Assembly: GCA_040954595.2 (NCBI GenBank)
Contig: CM082586.2
Coordinates: 9,827,337-9,891,336, forward strand
DNA length: 64,000 nt
DNA from: Balanoglossus misakiensis
Lineage: Eukaryota > Animalia > Hemichordata
Reading direction: 5' to 3'
Position 1 is the first letter of the stretch. Each line of letters starts with the position of its first letter. A model generated the notes under the pieces. That model searched no databases. It saw nothing but the letters and a program-made list of their open reading frames with translations, and had not been told where the DNA came from. A program made the position numbers and the translations under genes. This document shows positions 1 to 12,214 of the stretch, piece by piece.

Positions 1-1120
1 TGCGGCATCAATATATTTTATCTATTCTAGCCAAAGAGCTTGGCACCTGTTGAAATGAACTCATCTGCTGTGGGCCAGTTTATTGGTGGCAGTTGAGCTG
101 AGGAGAGCACCTTCCTTCCCGGCACGCCACCAAGTAAAGTTCCACGCCGCCCACCACAGATGCCAGCATTCATTCATGCGAGTGAGTGTAATTGCAAATT
201 TGCCTATTCTAGATCTGTAATGGAAATGGAGAAAGTACCTTATATTTTCTGTAAAATAGACATTTAATTGGCAAGCCGTCCTGCATCAATTCTTAATTGT
301 GTACATGCACTAAAGCGCCCTCACTGCTGGGTGTGTTGTATGGTCTTTAACCCTGTTTCAAATTAGAGTACTTTCTGCAATTTCAAGACAGATCTTACGT
401 GCCATTGGAGAGCTCCATTGACTGGTCATTCATACTGTTTTCATTCATTCATTGCGGCATCAATATATTTTATCTATTCTAGCCAAAGAGCTTGGCACCT
501 GTTGAAATGAACTCATCTGCTGTGGGCCAGTTTATTGGTGGCAGTTGAGCTGAGGAGAGCACCTTCCTTCCCGGCACGCCACCAAGTAAAGTTCCACGCC
601 GCCCACCACAGATGCCAGCATTCATTCATGCGAGTGAGTGTAATTGCAAATTTGCCTATTCTAGATTCTTACGTGCCATTGGAGAGCTCCATTGACTGGT
701 CATTCATACTGTTTTCATTCATTCATTGCGGCATCAATATATTTTATCTATTCTAGCCAAAGAGCTTGGCACCTGTTGAAATGAACTCATCTGCTGTGGG
801 CCAGTTTATTGGTGGCAGTTGAGCTGAGGAGAGCACCTTCCTTCCCGGCACGCCACCAAGTAAAGTTCCACGCCGCCCACCACAGATGCCAGCATTCATT
901 CATGCGAGTGAGTGTAATTGCAAATTTGCCTATTCTAGATCTGTAATGGAAATGGAGAAAGTACCTTATATTTTCTGTAAAATAGACATTTAATTGGCAA
1001 GCCGTCCTGCATCAATTATTAATTGTGTACATGCACTAAAGCGCCCTCACTGCTGGGTGTGTTGTATGGTCTTTAACCCTGTTTCAAATTAGAGTACTTT
1101 CTGCAATTTCAAGACAGATA
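1..1120. repeat. Near-identical local tandem triplication (periods 452 and 274 bp)
   Basis: The block beginning tgcggcatcaatatattt recurs at 1, 453 and 727. A ~178-bp segment (ctgtaatggaaatgg...caagacagat) follows copies 1 and 3 but is missing after copy 2. The first copy is cut by the window edge. Confidence 0.95.
673..940 (-). other. Candidate minus-strand exon (268 nt), probably non-coding or UTR
   Basis: On the minus strand it is preceded by a pyrimidine-rich acceptor (tttctccatttccattacag, ending at 941) and followed by a gtaag donor (672-668). All three frames contain stops. Duplicated at 399-666 (acceptor lost) and <1-214. Confidence 0.4.
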
Positions 1121-1146
1121 TACTTATATACTTATATACTTATATA
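1119..1146. repeat. Short (TACTTATA)n microsatellite at the end of the triplicated block
   Basis: tatacttatatacttatatacttatata read directly from the sequence. Confidence 0.8.
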
Positions 1147-1277
1147 TTAGATGAAACACCGAAAAAGGTATCAACTAGTTAGTGATTTTAGCCCGTGATT
1201 GCAATGTTTGATTGAAACGCGAAAAGCTGATCGATAGCTCTACATTGTGGTCTCCGAGGTCAAAGGTTGGCCGGTCA

Positions 1278-1482
1278 TGGCGATACCATTATTAAAATAG
1301 GGGCCAGTCATCAAAACGTAAGTGAGCCAAAAAACTACAGGTCAGATAAATTGTTTTCTCGTAAATTCAACATTAGAATCAAATTTGGCGTTGGAAACAA
1401 ACGGCGGGTCGCCAGTTCCTGGTCTGGAGGCTGGTAGAGTCACGTCTTGAAGACTGGCCCCTATTTTAATAATGGCATTCCA
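1278..1482. mobile_element. MITE-like element, ~200 bp
   Basis: Perfect 24-bp inverted repeat ccattattaaaataggggccagtc (1286-1309) / gactggcccctattttaataatgg (1452-1475), extending imperfectly to ~40 bp. No clear target-site duplication (TSD). Confidence 0.65.
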
Positions 1483-4139
1483 GCATATGTCTCTATACCC
1501 GAATCGACAATTAACATTACAGGACAGCTGACGGATATAAAATTTATACTTTATAGAGAGGAACAAATTCAGACTTAAACATACTTTATATGTTTGTATT
1601 TTACAGCTGGGATACTTTTCTGTGCGTAAAGATAAACACTGGTCGCAATAAATGACGTCGAGTGGTTTCAGTTGAATTCCATTTGTGCGAGGCAGGTGTG
1701 GACAGCATGCAAAGCGGCGTTGTTATTGGCGCGGTTCCTTTAAAGTGTTTTACTCTGTCATTCAGCGAGTTTTCTGACCGCGTATGAAGTTCGGTGTCCA
1801 GTGGCGTTGACGGCGTGTCATTCAGAAATCTATGTTCAGTGTATTCAGTTCAAGACTGAAGTCAGCAAATGTTACAATTATTAGTTTGTTTGTGGAAGTT
1901 GGAAATGATGCAACAAGGATTCTTGAATGTATTCGAGATTTTAAAAAGAAGATGTAGTGCTCTAAAGGGCCATTGTGACGACAATATTTTGCCCAACAGC
2001 TGTATAAACTGTTGCTCACGATAATTCCTGACTTTATCGCGGTCTGGTTGAAAAATGTTTGTATGTTACTTGATTGTGGTGGAGTGTTTTTCTGCCGACT
2101 AAACAAACATTCTGTGCCATATATTAAGTGTGTTGAGTGGTTTCCGCCAAAGTCTATACGCATAAAGTCAATAGATTAAACAGTATTTAATCGTTAAGAG
2201 ATGCCCCCCCCCCCCCCCCCCCGTTACGCTTATACATTTCAACACATATATGCACAAACGAATGGACAATTTGCATTACAAAACAGCTGGTAAAATTCAT
2301 ACTTGCATTTTATAGAGAAGAAAAAACTTAAAAGACTTAAACTTATATGCTGATAGTTTACAGCAGGGGTATTTTGTGTGTGTAAAGGTAAACACTAATA
2401 GCAATAAATGACGTCGAGTGGTTTCGGTTGAATTCCATTTGTGCAAGGCAGTGGTGGACAGCAATAAACCATGCAAAGTAGCGCTGTTATCAATGCGGTT
2501 TCCATAAAGTTGTCTGCTCCGTCATTCAGCGAGTATTCTGACTGTGTATGCAGGTCGACATCCAGTGGCTTTGACGGCGTGGCATTCGGCGGTAAGTGTA
2601 ATAAGACTAAAGTTAGCTAATTTGCCAATTATTACTTTGTATGTAGGAATTAATGTTTTGAAATGATGCCACGAGTCTTCTTGAATTTAATTGACATTAT
2701 AAAATGCTGATGTTGGCTGGCAAAAGTAAATTCTCAGTTAATATCCTGAACATCTAAAAGAGTATTGCAATGAATGATCATTGTAATTTGTGGACATTAT
2801 TTGCTTTATTTTTGTTTTAAAAGAACAAGTTCACATTGCATTGCGACACTTTGTATTTAGTTTGCAAAGTGGTTAGACGTACGTAGTTTTGGAAGCAAAG
2901 CGGACAAAATACGGCTACATACAAGACACTTGACTATTCTGACACGCGATTCTGTTGACAGTACAGTGTGTCCTCGATGCAATCTACTGTGTACTCACAC
3001 TCATGAATCTACTTAACGTGTCAGGATTTACTGTTTTACTTGTTCGAGCACAGTCATCACTGCTCGACTGAGCTTGTCAAGAAAGCCGAAACGGAGTAGC
3101 ACAAAACCCCAAATCAATCATGCAACATTCACGTAAGACAGCGATCTGCAGTCGAAATAGAATAGTACTGGACAAGTAACGGTTTAATTTATATGTGGAC
3201 ACATTTGTGAGACGTACATTCTGATTGGCTTCGTTTCGTCAACTCTGTAACTGGCCGATGAATGATTGATTAATTCTAAATATGAGAAATAAAACATTGT
3301 CTCTTCTGGCAACGCAGAAACTGTACAAGGGGATGGGGAATAGTTTACGTCAATGTGTTGAATGCAAAACAGCTGTATGAATTCTAGCTCATGAAAATCC
3401 TGACTTTATCGCGATCTGGTTGAGAGGTGTTTTTCTATCCTGCTTGATTGTGAGTTTGAATGGCGGAGTATTTCTCTACCAACTAAAACATTCTGTGCTA
3501 TAAAATGTGTTGAGTGGTTTCGGTATGCCATAAAGCCAAAACAATAAACAGTATACATGTATTTAATCTTTAAGACCCGAAGTAAATTTCTTCTGATTAC
3601 AAGCTGAATAGATTGTTTGTATGACAATTAATTTCGAAACGGATTCCACGGATCGGAATATCCACAAAAACAATTCTTGATGTACATATAATGCCAAACA
3701 TCATAGCTGAAAGGTCACTTTACTCCTTTACCTCGTACCACTGAGAGAGCGCTGATAACAGCAATCAAATCAATATTGGCTGACAATTTTATGAATACTG
3801 GTCTTGGTTTTAATAAATCCTAGTCGAAAAGGATTAATGCGAATGAACGGTGCTGATAAAGATGACAGAATTAACACTGGTACACATGCAATCTCACTGA
3901 CTCCAAATAAAATCAGATGAAGGTGTTGATGAAGGCCATTCTCTATGACAATAATAACTGCAAGCAATTGCTTATCTACATTACACGTGTTAGGGCGTTG
4001 AATCCGATTGACTCGTTAGCGACAAGAGGGAGGACAACAGTAGTACAGGGATGGAAATCAAAAATTGGATTTACCCGTCTAAAACTGTTAGTCAATGTGG
4101 GTCTTATGATTTATGGATATTATATGTAAACTTGAATTA

Positions 4140-4710
4140 AGCAATAACCCCCGCCGCAGGCGGGTATACACGAGATTTGGGTACAATTCGAGACATATAG
4201 CACGAGCCGTCAGGCGAGTGCTATATGGAGCGAATTGTACCCAAATCGAGTGTATACCCGACTGAGGCGGGGGTTATTGCTATTACATTATATCAACAAC
4301 TGTTTTTGTGGCATATCAGTGTCATTTTCTTACCGAAACGGTGTCAGAAAGAGAAATTACGATCGTGAACCAACATGGCGACGACGAATGTAAACACGAG
4401 CGGCCGGGATCGAGCATTAAACATGAAGCAGACGACAAAAAGTGACAAGACGGGCATCGCGCGTGGCAAAGCGACAAATATATCCACAGAGCAGTTCCAA
4501 AATAAAACGTCCGTTAATTCAACATTATTTTTGTTTTATTTATTTGGTTTAAACACGCGCGACTGTGGTTTAGCCCACATTTTGCTGCCGTATGCTAGTT
4601 CAGGGGCCCGTTTTACCACTGCTAGCCATGGTAAAACAGTATTTTACCATTGCTGGATTCAGCTCTCGTCCAATCAGAATCGCGGATGGTAGCATGATAT
4701 AATATAATTA
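4140..4710 (+). mobile_element. 571-bp non-autonomous insertion with a terminal 142-nt hairpin, no terminal inverted repeats (TIRs), and an AATTA direct repeat at its ends
   Basis: Absent from the paralogous site at ~15371-15395 (taaacttaagttaacctacttcaag). aatta occurs at 4135-4139 and 4706-4710. Hairpin arms are 4140-4208 and 4213-4281 with a GTCA loop. Confidence 0.85.
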
Positions 4711-5542
4711 GCCTTCTTCAAGTTGGCGTTTATCCGTTATACGACTTAGTTCATGTTTAAGTTATTTTTTTTTTCAATACACGCGCGGTTATCCAACGTG
4801 TGACAAAAAAAACTGAGAAGTCCCGGTCTCTCATGACGACATTTTATTTACAATTTTTCTGGTTACACGTATTTAACCTTTTCGCTGATTTGTTGTAAAC
4901 TAACTTTTTATGAGCAGCAGGTCCTAGCTTGAGATTAACACATGTTGAAATACATGCCTGTGTTACTTTGTAGTCATTCTGATAATGCGTCTATAAACAT
5001 GGCAGACCGGAGTCATGCAATATAAATGAATGATGACCTCTGACCCGACATGAGTTCCTTCAAGGTGACGCAGGTATGGCGCCAGCCTTTCACAATATAT
5101 GTGACAGCTGGGCTGACATAGCTATATAATGTGCTGTAGACACAATTTCGTCTGACTGGGCCTGCAATTTAGGCCTGTCCTGGCCCAATTTTCTAAAAAA
5201 TAATACCCCTTGAAATACAATATTCTACTCAATATGTCATGATTGACTGTATACTTGTTCGAGCGGTGTCCTTTTGACAGTCAGACCTGAGCGACTCTAC
5301 TGAAGTCTCCGGATAATAAGCGGACACGAGCAAAAGGATTTACACACGGTCACTCCTCGACTGTTATTTACACCATCGCCGAAACGGAGCAGCGAATCAC
5401 CAAACACTCACGCAGGACAGCGATCTGTAGTAGAAAAAAATAATACCAATCGGCAAGGCAAAGTAACTGTTAAAATTTGCATTTCGATACATTTATGAGA
5501 CGCACGTTCTGATTGGTTCTATTTCGCCAGCGCTCGAATAGT

Positions 5543-5742
5543 CTAGAAGTTGTGATGTAACTAGCGCCCCCTTGTAGTCAATCACATAAACCGAACACTG
5601 GTGATTGGGCGTTACATTATAGTAAAGGTGGGGCTAATTAAAAATTTAACCCATCCTTAATTACACTCATGTATATCATTTGTCCAATCCTAACAGTGTG
5701 GAATTGACTTCAGAGGGTCGCTAGTTACATCACAATTCCCAG
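5543..5742. mobile_element. Old MITE-like inverted-repeat element inside the duplicated unit
   Basis: Perfect 17-bp inverted repeat ttgtgatgtaactagcg (5550-5566) / cgctagttacatcacaa (5719-5735), extending imperfectly to ~30 bp. Paralogous copy at ~16233-16442. Confidence 0.5.
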
Positions 5743-8050
5743 GTTTTATTGGGCCAGTGGCATGTAGTAGCATGCATGACTCTAGACATAATTTTGAAAG
5801 CAAAGCGGACAAAATACGGCTAGATACTAAACTAGTATAATTAAAAACATGCGAAATAAACCACGGCCTCTTTTGGCAACTCAGAAACTGTTGCTCTAAA
5901 GGGGCCATGGTTGCGACAATATTTTGCCAAACGGCTATATAAAATGTAGCTCACGATAATTCCTGACTTTATCGCGAACTGGTTGAAAAATGTTTGTAGC
6001 TACTTGATTGTGGTGGGGTGTTTTTCTGCCGACTAAACAAACACTCTGTGCTATATATTAAGTGTGTTGAGTGGTTTCCGTCAAAGACTATACGCGTAAA
6101 GCCAATAGAACAAACAGTATTTAATCTTTAAGACCCAAAGTAAATTGCTTCTGATACGTACCTGTACATACCAAGCTGAACAGACAGCATGTCAATAAAC
6201 TTCAAAGTAAACTATCGGATTATCCAAAAAAAAAATACCTAGATCAACAATACCTAAAGAATAGTCACAGAAACCTCATGAATGGAAGGCCAAACTTATG
6301 TTCTTGTGTGGGCAGGGATGTCATTTACACTTCTTTACTTAGTACATGAGTGAGTGTGAATGCACTGATATGAACAACACTACAATCGATGTTGGTAATT
6401 AGGAACAATAGTCAAAGTTTACGTTTTAATTCTAAAAGTATGAATGCAGTTGAGCAGTGCTGATAACATTTACACACTAGACACTGATACACATGGAGTC
6501 TCACTGACTCCAACATGTAATCAGATGCAGGTGAAGGCCATTCTCTGTTGATAAGAGCAATAAAATTGATCGACACTTTTATGCCAACTGGCCAATGTTT
6601 GCCTAAAAAATTTGCTAACGTGGGTCTTATACTGTTGTTCTTGTTAACTTTGCAAGCAGTTGACTAATAAAACATTAATCTTCGTTGCACATAGGAGGGC
6701 GTTGAATCCGATTGACTTGGTAGCGACAAGAGGGAGGACAACAGTAGTACAGGATTAGAAATCCAAACTTAGGCTGAACCGTCTAAACTTTTATCAACGT
6801 GGGTCTTATACTGTTGTTCTTATCAGTGCGTTTGTTGTGGGTGACGTGTCAATTGCCCTTCTTTAAACATGTCTCAGCTCACAAATTATAGATTGATGTT
6901 GATTTTTTTAGTTTATTAGTTTTTTAGTTTATAACTTTAGTCTCCATGTTTTTTCTGTTATCGCATGCATGCCCCTTTACGATAATGTGCATTTACACAC
7001 GGCCCAATATTTTTGGATTTTGATTTGCCCTCTTTGAGGAAAAAAGAGTATTCGTGGACATGACATCGTTTATTCCTGTTTAAATAAATATAAACATTTT
7101 GACCGACCCTAGACTTTAAAAACATGCGAAATAAACCACAGCCTCGTTTGGCAACTCAGAAACTGTTGCTCTGAAGGGGCCATGGTTGCGACAATATTTT
7201 GCCAAACAGCTGTATGACCTGAGGCTCACCTGAGATTATCGCGATCTTGCTGAAAACAATGTTTGTAGCTATTTGATTGTGGTGGAGTGTTTTACTGCCG
7301 ACTAAACAAACACCCTGTGCTATATATTAAGTGTGTTGAGTGGTTTCCGTCAAAGTCTATACGCGTAAAGCCAATAGAACAAACAGTATTTATTCTTTAA
7401 GACACAAAGCTCAACAGACAGCATGTCAATAAACTTCAAACTAAACCATCGGAATATCAAGAACAATAGTTACAGAAACCTCATGAATGGAAGGCCAAAC
7501 TTATGACTTTTATAGTGGTCTTGTGTGGACAGGGATGTCATTTACACTTCTTTACATAGTACATGAAAGAGTGTGAACGCGCTGATATGAACAACAATTC
7601 AATCGATGTTGGCTAATAGGAACCATAGTCAAAGTTAAAGTTTTAATTCTAAAAGTATGAATGCAGTTGAGCAGTGCTGATAACAGTTACACACAGGACA
7701 CTGGTACACATGGAGTCTCACTGACTCCAACATGTAAGAAGGCCATTCTCTATTGATAAGAGCAATACAATTGACCGACATTTTTTGACAACTGGTCAAT
7801 GTTAGGTCTTATACCGTTGTTCTTATCAGTGCGTGTATTGTGGTCTTGTGTCAATTTCGTTTCTTCGAACATGTCTAACCTCACAAATTCTAGATTTGAG
7901 AGCCTCATCACTCCCCCCCCCATTTGTGCTGAATTTATCTTCCCCATTTTTGTAATATCTCCAAATTCCAGGGATGACCCCCCCCCGCTATGCTAATACA
8001 TTCCAACGCATATAGGTACAAAATAATCAACAATATGCAATACAAGAGAG

Positions 8051-11000
8051 CTGATAAAATTCATACTTGTTTTTTATAGAGAAGAACATTTTTAGACTTA
8101 AACTATTTCATGCTTATAGTTTACAGCTGGGGTATTTTGTGTGTGTAAAGGTAAACAGTAGTTGCAATAAATGTTGTCGAGTGGTTTCAGTTGAATTCCA
8201 TCTGTGCGAGGCAGTGGTGAACAGCAATAAACCTTGCAAAGTGACGCTGTTATCAATGCGGTTCCTTTAAAGTTGTCTGCTCTGTCATTCAGCGAGTTTT
8301 CTGACCGTGTATACAGGTCGGTGTCCAGTGGCGTTGACGGTGTGCCATTAAGAAATCTATGTTGAGTGTATTCAGTTCAAGACTGAAGTCAGCTACAATT
8401 ATTAGTTTGTTTGTGGAAGTTGGAAATGATACAACAAGGATTCTTGAATTTAGTCGAGATTTTAAAAAGAAGATGTAGTGCTCTAAAGGGGCCATTGTTG
8501 CGACAATATTTTGCCAAACAGCTGTGACCTGTAGCTCACGATAATTCCTGACTTTATCGCGATCTGGTTGAAAAATGTTTGTATGTTACTTGATTGTGGT
8601 GGTGTGTTTTTCTGCCGACTAAACAAACATTCTGTGCTATATATTAAGTGTGTTGAGTGGTTTCTGTCAAAGTCTATACGCGTAAGGCCAATAGAACAAA
8701 CATCATTTAATCTTTACGACCCAAATTAAACTGCTTCTAATACGTACCTGTACATACCAAGCTGAACAGACAGCATACCAATAAACTTCAAACTAAACCA
8801 CCAGAATATCGAAAACAACAATACCTAAAGAATAGTCACAGAAACCTCATGAATGGAAGGCCAAACTTATGACTTTTATAGTGGTCTTGTGTGGACAGGG
8901 ACTTCTTTACATGGTACATGAAAGAGTGTAAACGCACTGATATGAACAACAATTCAATCGATGTTGGCTAATATGAACAAGAGTCAAAGTTTAAGTTTTA
9001 ATTTTAAAATTATGAATGCAGTTGAGCAGTGCTGATAACAGTTACACACTGGACACTGGTACACATGGAGTCTCACTGACTCCAACATGTAATCAGATGC
9101 AGAAGAAGGCCATTCTCTGTTGATAAGAGTTATACAATTGGCCGACAGTTTTTGACAACTGGTCAATGTTAGGTCTTATACCGCTGTTCTTATCAGTGCG
9201 TGTATTGTGGTCTTGTGTCAATTTCCTTTCTTCAAGCTACGTGATTGTGGTGGAGTGTTTCTCTGCCGTCTAAACAAACATTCTGTGCTATATCTTAAGT
9301 GTGTTCAGTGGTTTCCGTCAAAGTCTATACGCATAAAGTCAATAGATTAAACTGTATTTAGATGCCCCCCCCCCCCCGCTACGCTAATACATTCCAACAC
9401 ATATATGCAGAAAAGAATTGACAATTTGCATTACAAAACTGCTGGTAAAACTCAAACTTGCATTTTATAGAGAAGAAAAAACTTTACACTTAAGCGTTAT
9501 ATGCTTATAGTTTACAGCAGGGGTATTCTGTGTGTGTAAAGGTAAAGACTAGTTGCAATAAATGACGTCGAGTGGTTTCGGTTGAATTTCATTTGTGCGA
9601 GGCAGTGGTGGACAGCAATAAACCATGCAAAGCGGCGTTGTTATCAATGCGGTTCCTTTAAAGTTGTCTGCTCTGTCATACAGCGAGTATTCTGACCGTG
9701 TATGCAGGTCGACGTCTAGTGGCTTTGACGGCGTGTCATTCAGAACTCGGCGGTAAGCGTAATAAGACTAAAGTTAGCTAATTTACCAATTATTAGTTTG
9801 TATGTAGGAATTAATATTTTGAAATGATGCCACAAGCCTTCTTGAATTTAATTGACATTATAAAATGATGATTGGCTGGCAAAAGTAAATTCTCAGTTTA
9901 TATCATGAACATCTAAAACATTATTGTAACGAATGATCATTGCAATTATTTTTGTTTTCAAAGAACAGTTCACAGTGCATTGCGACACTTTTTGTTTACG
10001 TTGCAAAGTGGTGCACCCCTTACAGAAAGTTCCATAGATTTTCCATAATGTATTAATTGCAATTTTTTTACAACATTAACGATAATCGAACGAAAATCTA
10101 CCGAAGATCTGAGGACTTTTTCCGTGGCCATGTAGCCACGCAATCCTGTAGACAGTGCAGTGTGTCCTCGATGTAATCTTCTGTGGAACATATGTGTACT
10201 CACACTCATGAAGCTACTCAACGTGTCAGGATTTACCGTTGTACTTGTTCGAGCACTGTCATCACTGCTCGACTGAGCTTGCCAAGAAAACGGAGTAGCA
10301 CAAAACCCCAAATCAATCATGCAACATTCACGTAAGACAGCGATGTGTAGTCGAAATAGAATAGTACTGGCTCCGTTTCGTCAACTCTGTAACTGGCCGA
10401 TGAATGATTGATTAATTCTAAACATGAGAAATAAAACATGGGGTGGGGAATAATTTACGTCAATGTGTTGAATGCAAAACGGCTGTATGAATTCTAGCTC
10501 ATGATAATTCTGACATTATCACGATCTTTTTGAGAAGTGTTTCTATCCTGCTTGATTGTGTGCTTGAATGGTGGAGTATTTCTCTACCAACTGTGTTGAG
10601 TGGTTTCGGTATGCCATAAAGCCAATACAATAAACAGTATACATGTATTTAATCTTTAAGACCCGAAGTAAATTTCTTCTGATTACAAGCTGAATAAATT
10701 GTTTGTATGACAATTAATTTCAAAACGGATTCCACGGATCGGAATATCCACAACAACAATTCTTGATGTACATATAGTCCAAAACATCATAGCTGAAAGG
10801 TCAAATTTACGAATACATTTTATAGTGGTCATGTCACAAATATCCCCCATACTCCTTTACTTTGTACCACTGAGAGAGCGCTGATAACAGCAATAAAATC
10901 AATATTGGCTGACAATTTTATGAATACTGGTCTTGGTTTCAATAAATTCTAGTCTAAAAGGATTAATGCGAATTAACGGTGCTGATAAAGATAATTAACA

Positions 11001-12214
11001 CTGGTCCACATGCAATCTCACTGACTCCAATTATAATCAGATAAAGGTGTTGATGAAGGCCATTCTCTATGACAATAATAACTGCAAGCAATTGCCAAGC
11101 AAACTGTTATCTACATTACACGCGTTAGGACTCCAAATGAAATCAGATGCAGATTTTGCAAGCAGTTGACTAATAAAACATTTATCTTCGTTGCACATAG
11201 GAGGGCGTTGAATACAACAGTAGTACAGGATTAGAAATCCAAACTTAGGCTGAACTGTCTAAACTTTTGTCAACGTGGGTCTTATACTGTTTTTCTTATC
11301 AGTGCGTTTGGTGTGGGTGACGTGTCAATTGCCCTTCTTTAAACACGTCTCAGCTCACAAATTCTAGATTGATGTTGATTTGTTTTAGTTTATTAGTTTT
11401 TTAGTTTATAACTTTAGTCTCCATGTTTTTTTCTGTTATCGCATGCATGCCCCTTTACGATAATATGCATTTACACACGGCCACATTTATTTTTATTTTG
11501 ATTTGCCCTCTTCCAGGAAAAAAGAGTATTCGTGAACATGACATCGTTTATTCCTGTTTAAATAAATATGAACATTTTGACCGAACGTAAACGTTAAAAA
11601 CCAGAATATTGAAAACAACAATACCTAAAGAATAGTCACAGAAACCTCATTAATTGAAGGCCAAACTTGTGTTCTTGTGTGGACAGGGATGTCATTTACA
11701 CTTCTTTACATAGTACATGAAAGAGTGTAAACGCGCTGATATGAACAACAATTCAATCGATGTTGGCTAATAGGAACCATAGTCAAAGTTAAATTAATTC
11801 TAACAGTATGAATGCAGTTGAGCAGTGCTGATAACAATTACACACTTAACACTGGTACACATGGAGTCTCACTGACTCCAACATGTAAGAAGGCCATTCT
11901 CTATTGATAAGAGCAATACAATTGACCGACATTTTTTGACAACTGGTCAATGTTAGGTCTTATACCGCTGTTCTTATCAGTGCGTGTATTGTGGTCTTGT
12001 GTCAATTTCCTTTCTTCGAACATGTCTAACCTCACAGATTTTAGATTTGAGAGCCTCATCACCCCCCCCCCCCCATTTGTGCTGAATTTATCTTCCCCAT
12101 TTTTGTAATATCTCCAAATTCCAGGGCTGACCCCCCCCCCCCCCCCCCGCTATGCTAATACATTCCAACACATATAGGTACAAAAGAATCAACAATATGC
12201 ATTACAAGACAGCT
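8051..12214 (+). repeat. Unit 2 of the tandem duplication (internally deleted or rearranged)
   Basis: Anchor modules at ~8055 and ~9445. 11150-11590 matches 6650-7110 and 11600-12210 matches ~7465-8050. It lacks the segment equivalent to ~4060-5850. Confidence 0.85.

Larger units (their letters stand above)
1540..8050 (+). repeat. Unit 1 of a diverged multi-kb tandem duplication
   Basis: Anchor module (...gcaataaatgacgtcgagtggtttcagttgaattccatttgtg...) at ~1540-1825 and again at ~2290-2590. Collinear with ~8050-12215 and ~12215-17650. Confidence 0.85.

Noticed and set aside
2655-2715. C/D-box snoRNA (aatgatg ... ctga) in the repeated modules
   Set aside because: The C box is imperfect, the span is only ~50 nt, there is no terminal stem, and the CTGA is not kept in the sister copies at ~9865 and ~13410.
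2888-2898. tttggaagcaa shared between the upstream module and the satellite monomer, suggesting a local origin of the satellite
   Set aside because: Only 11 bp with no flanking similarity, which is compatible with chance.
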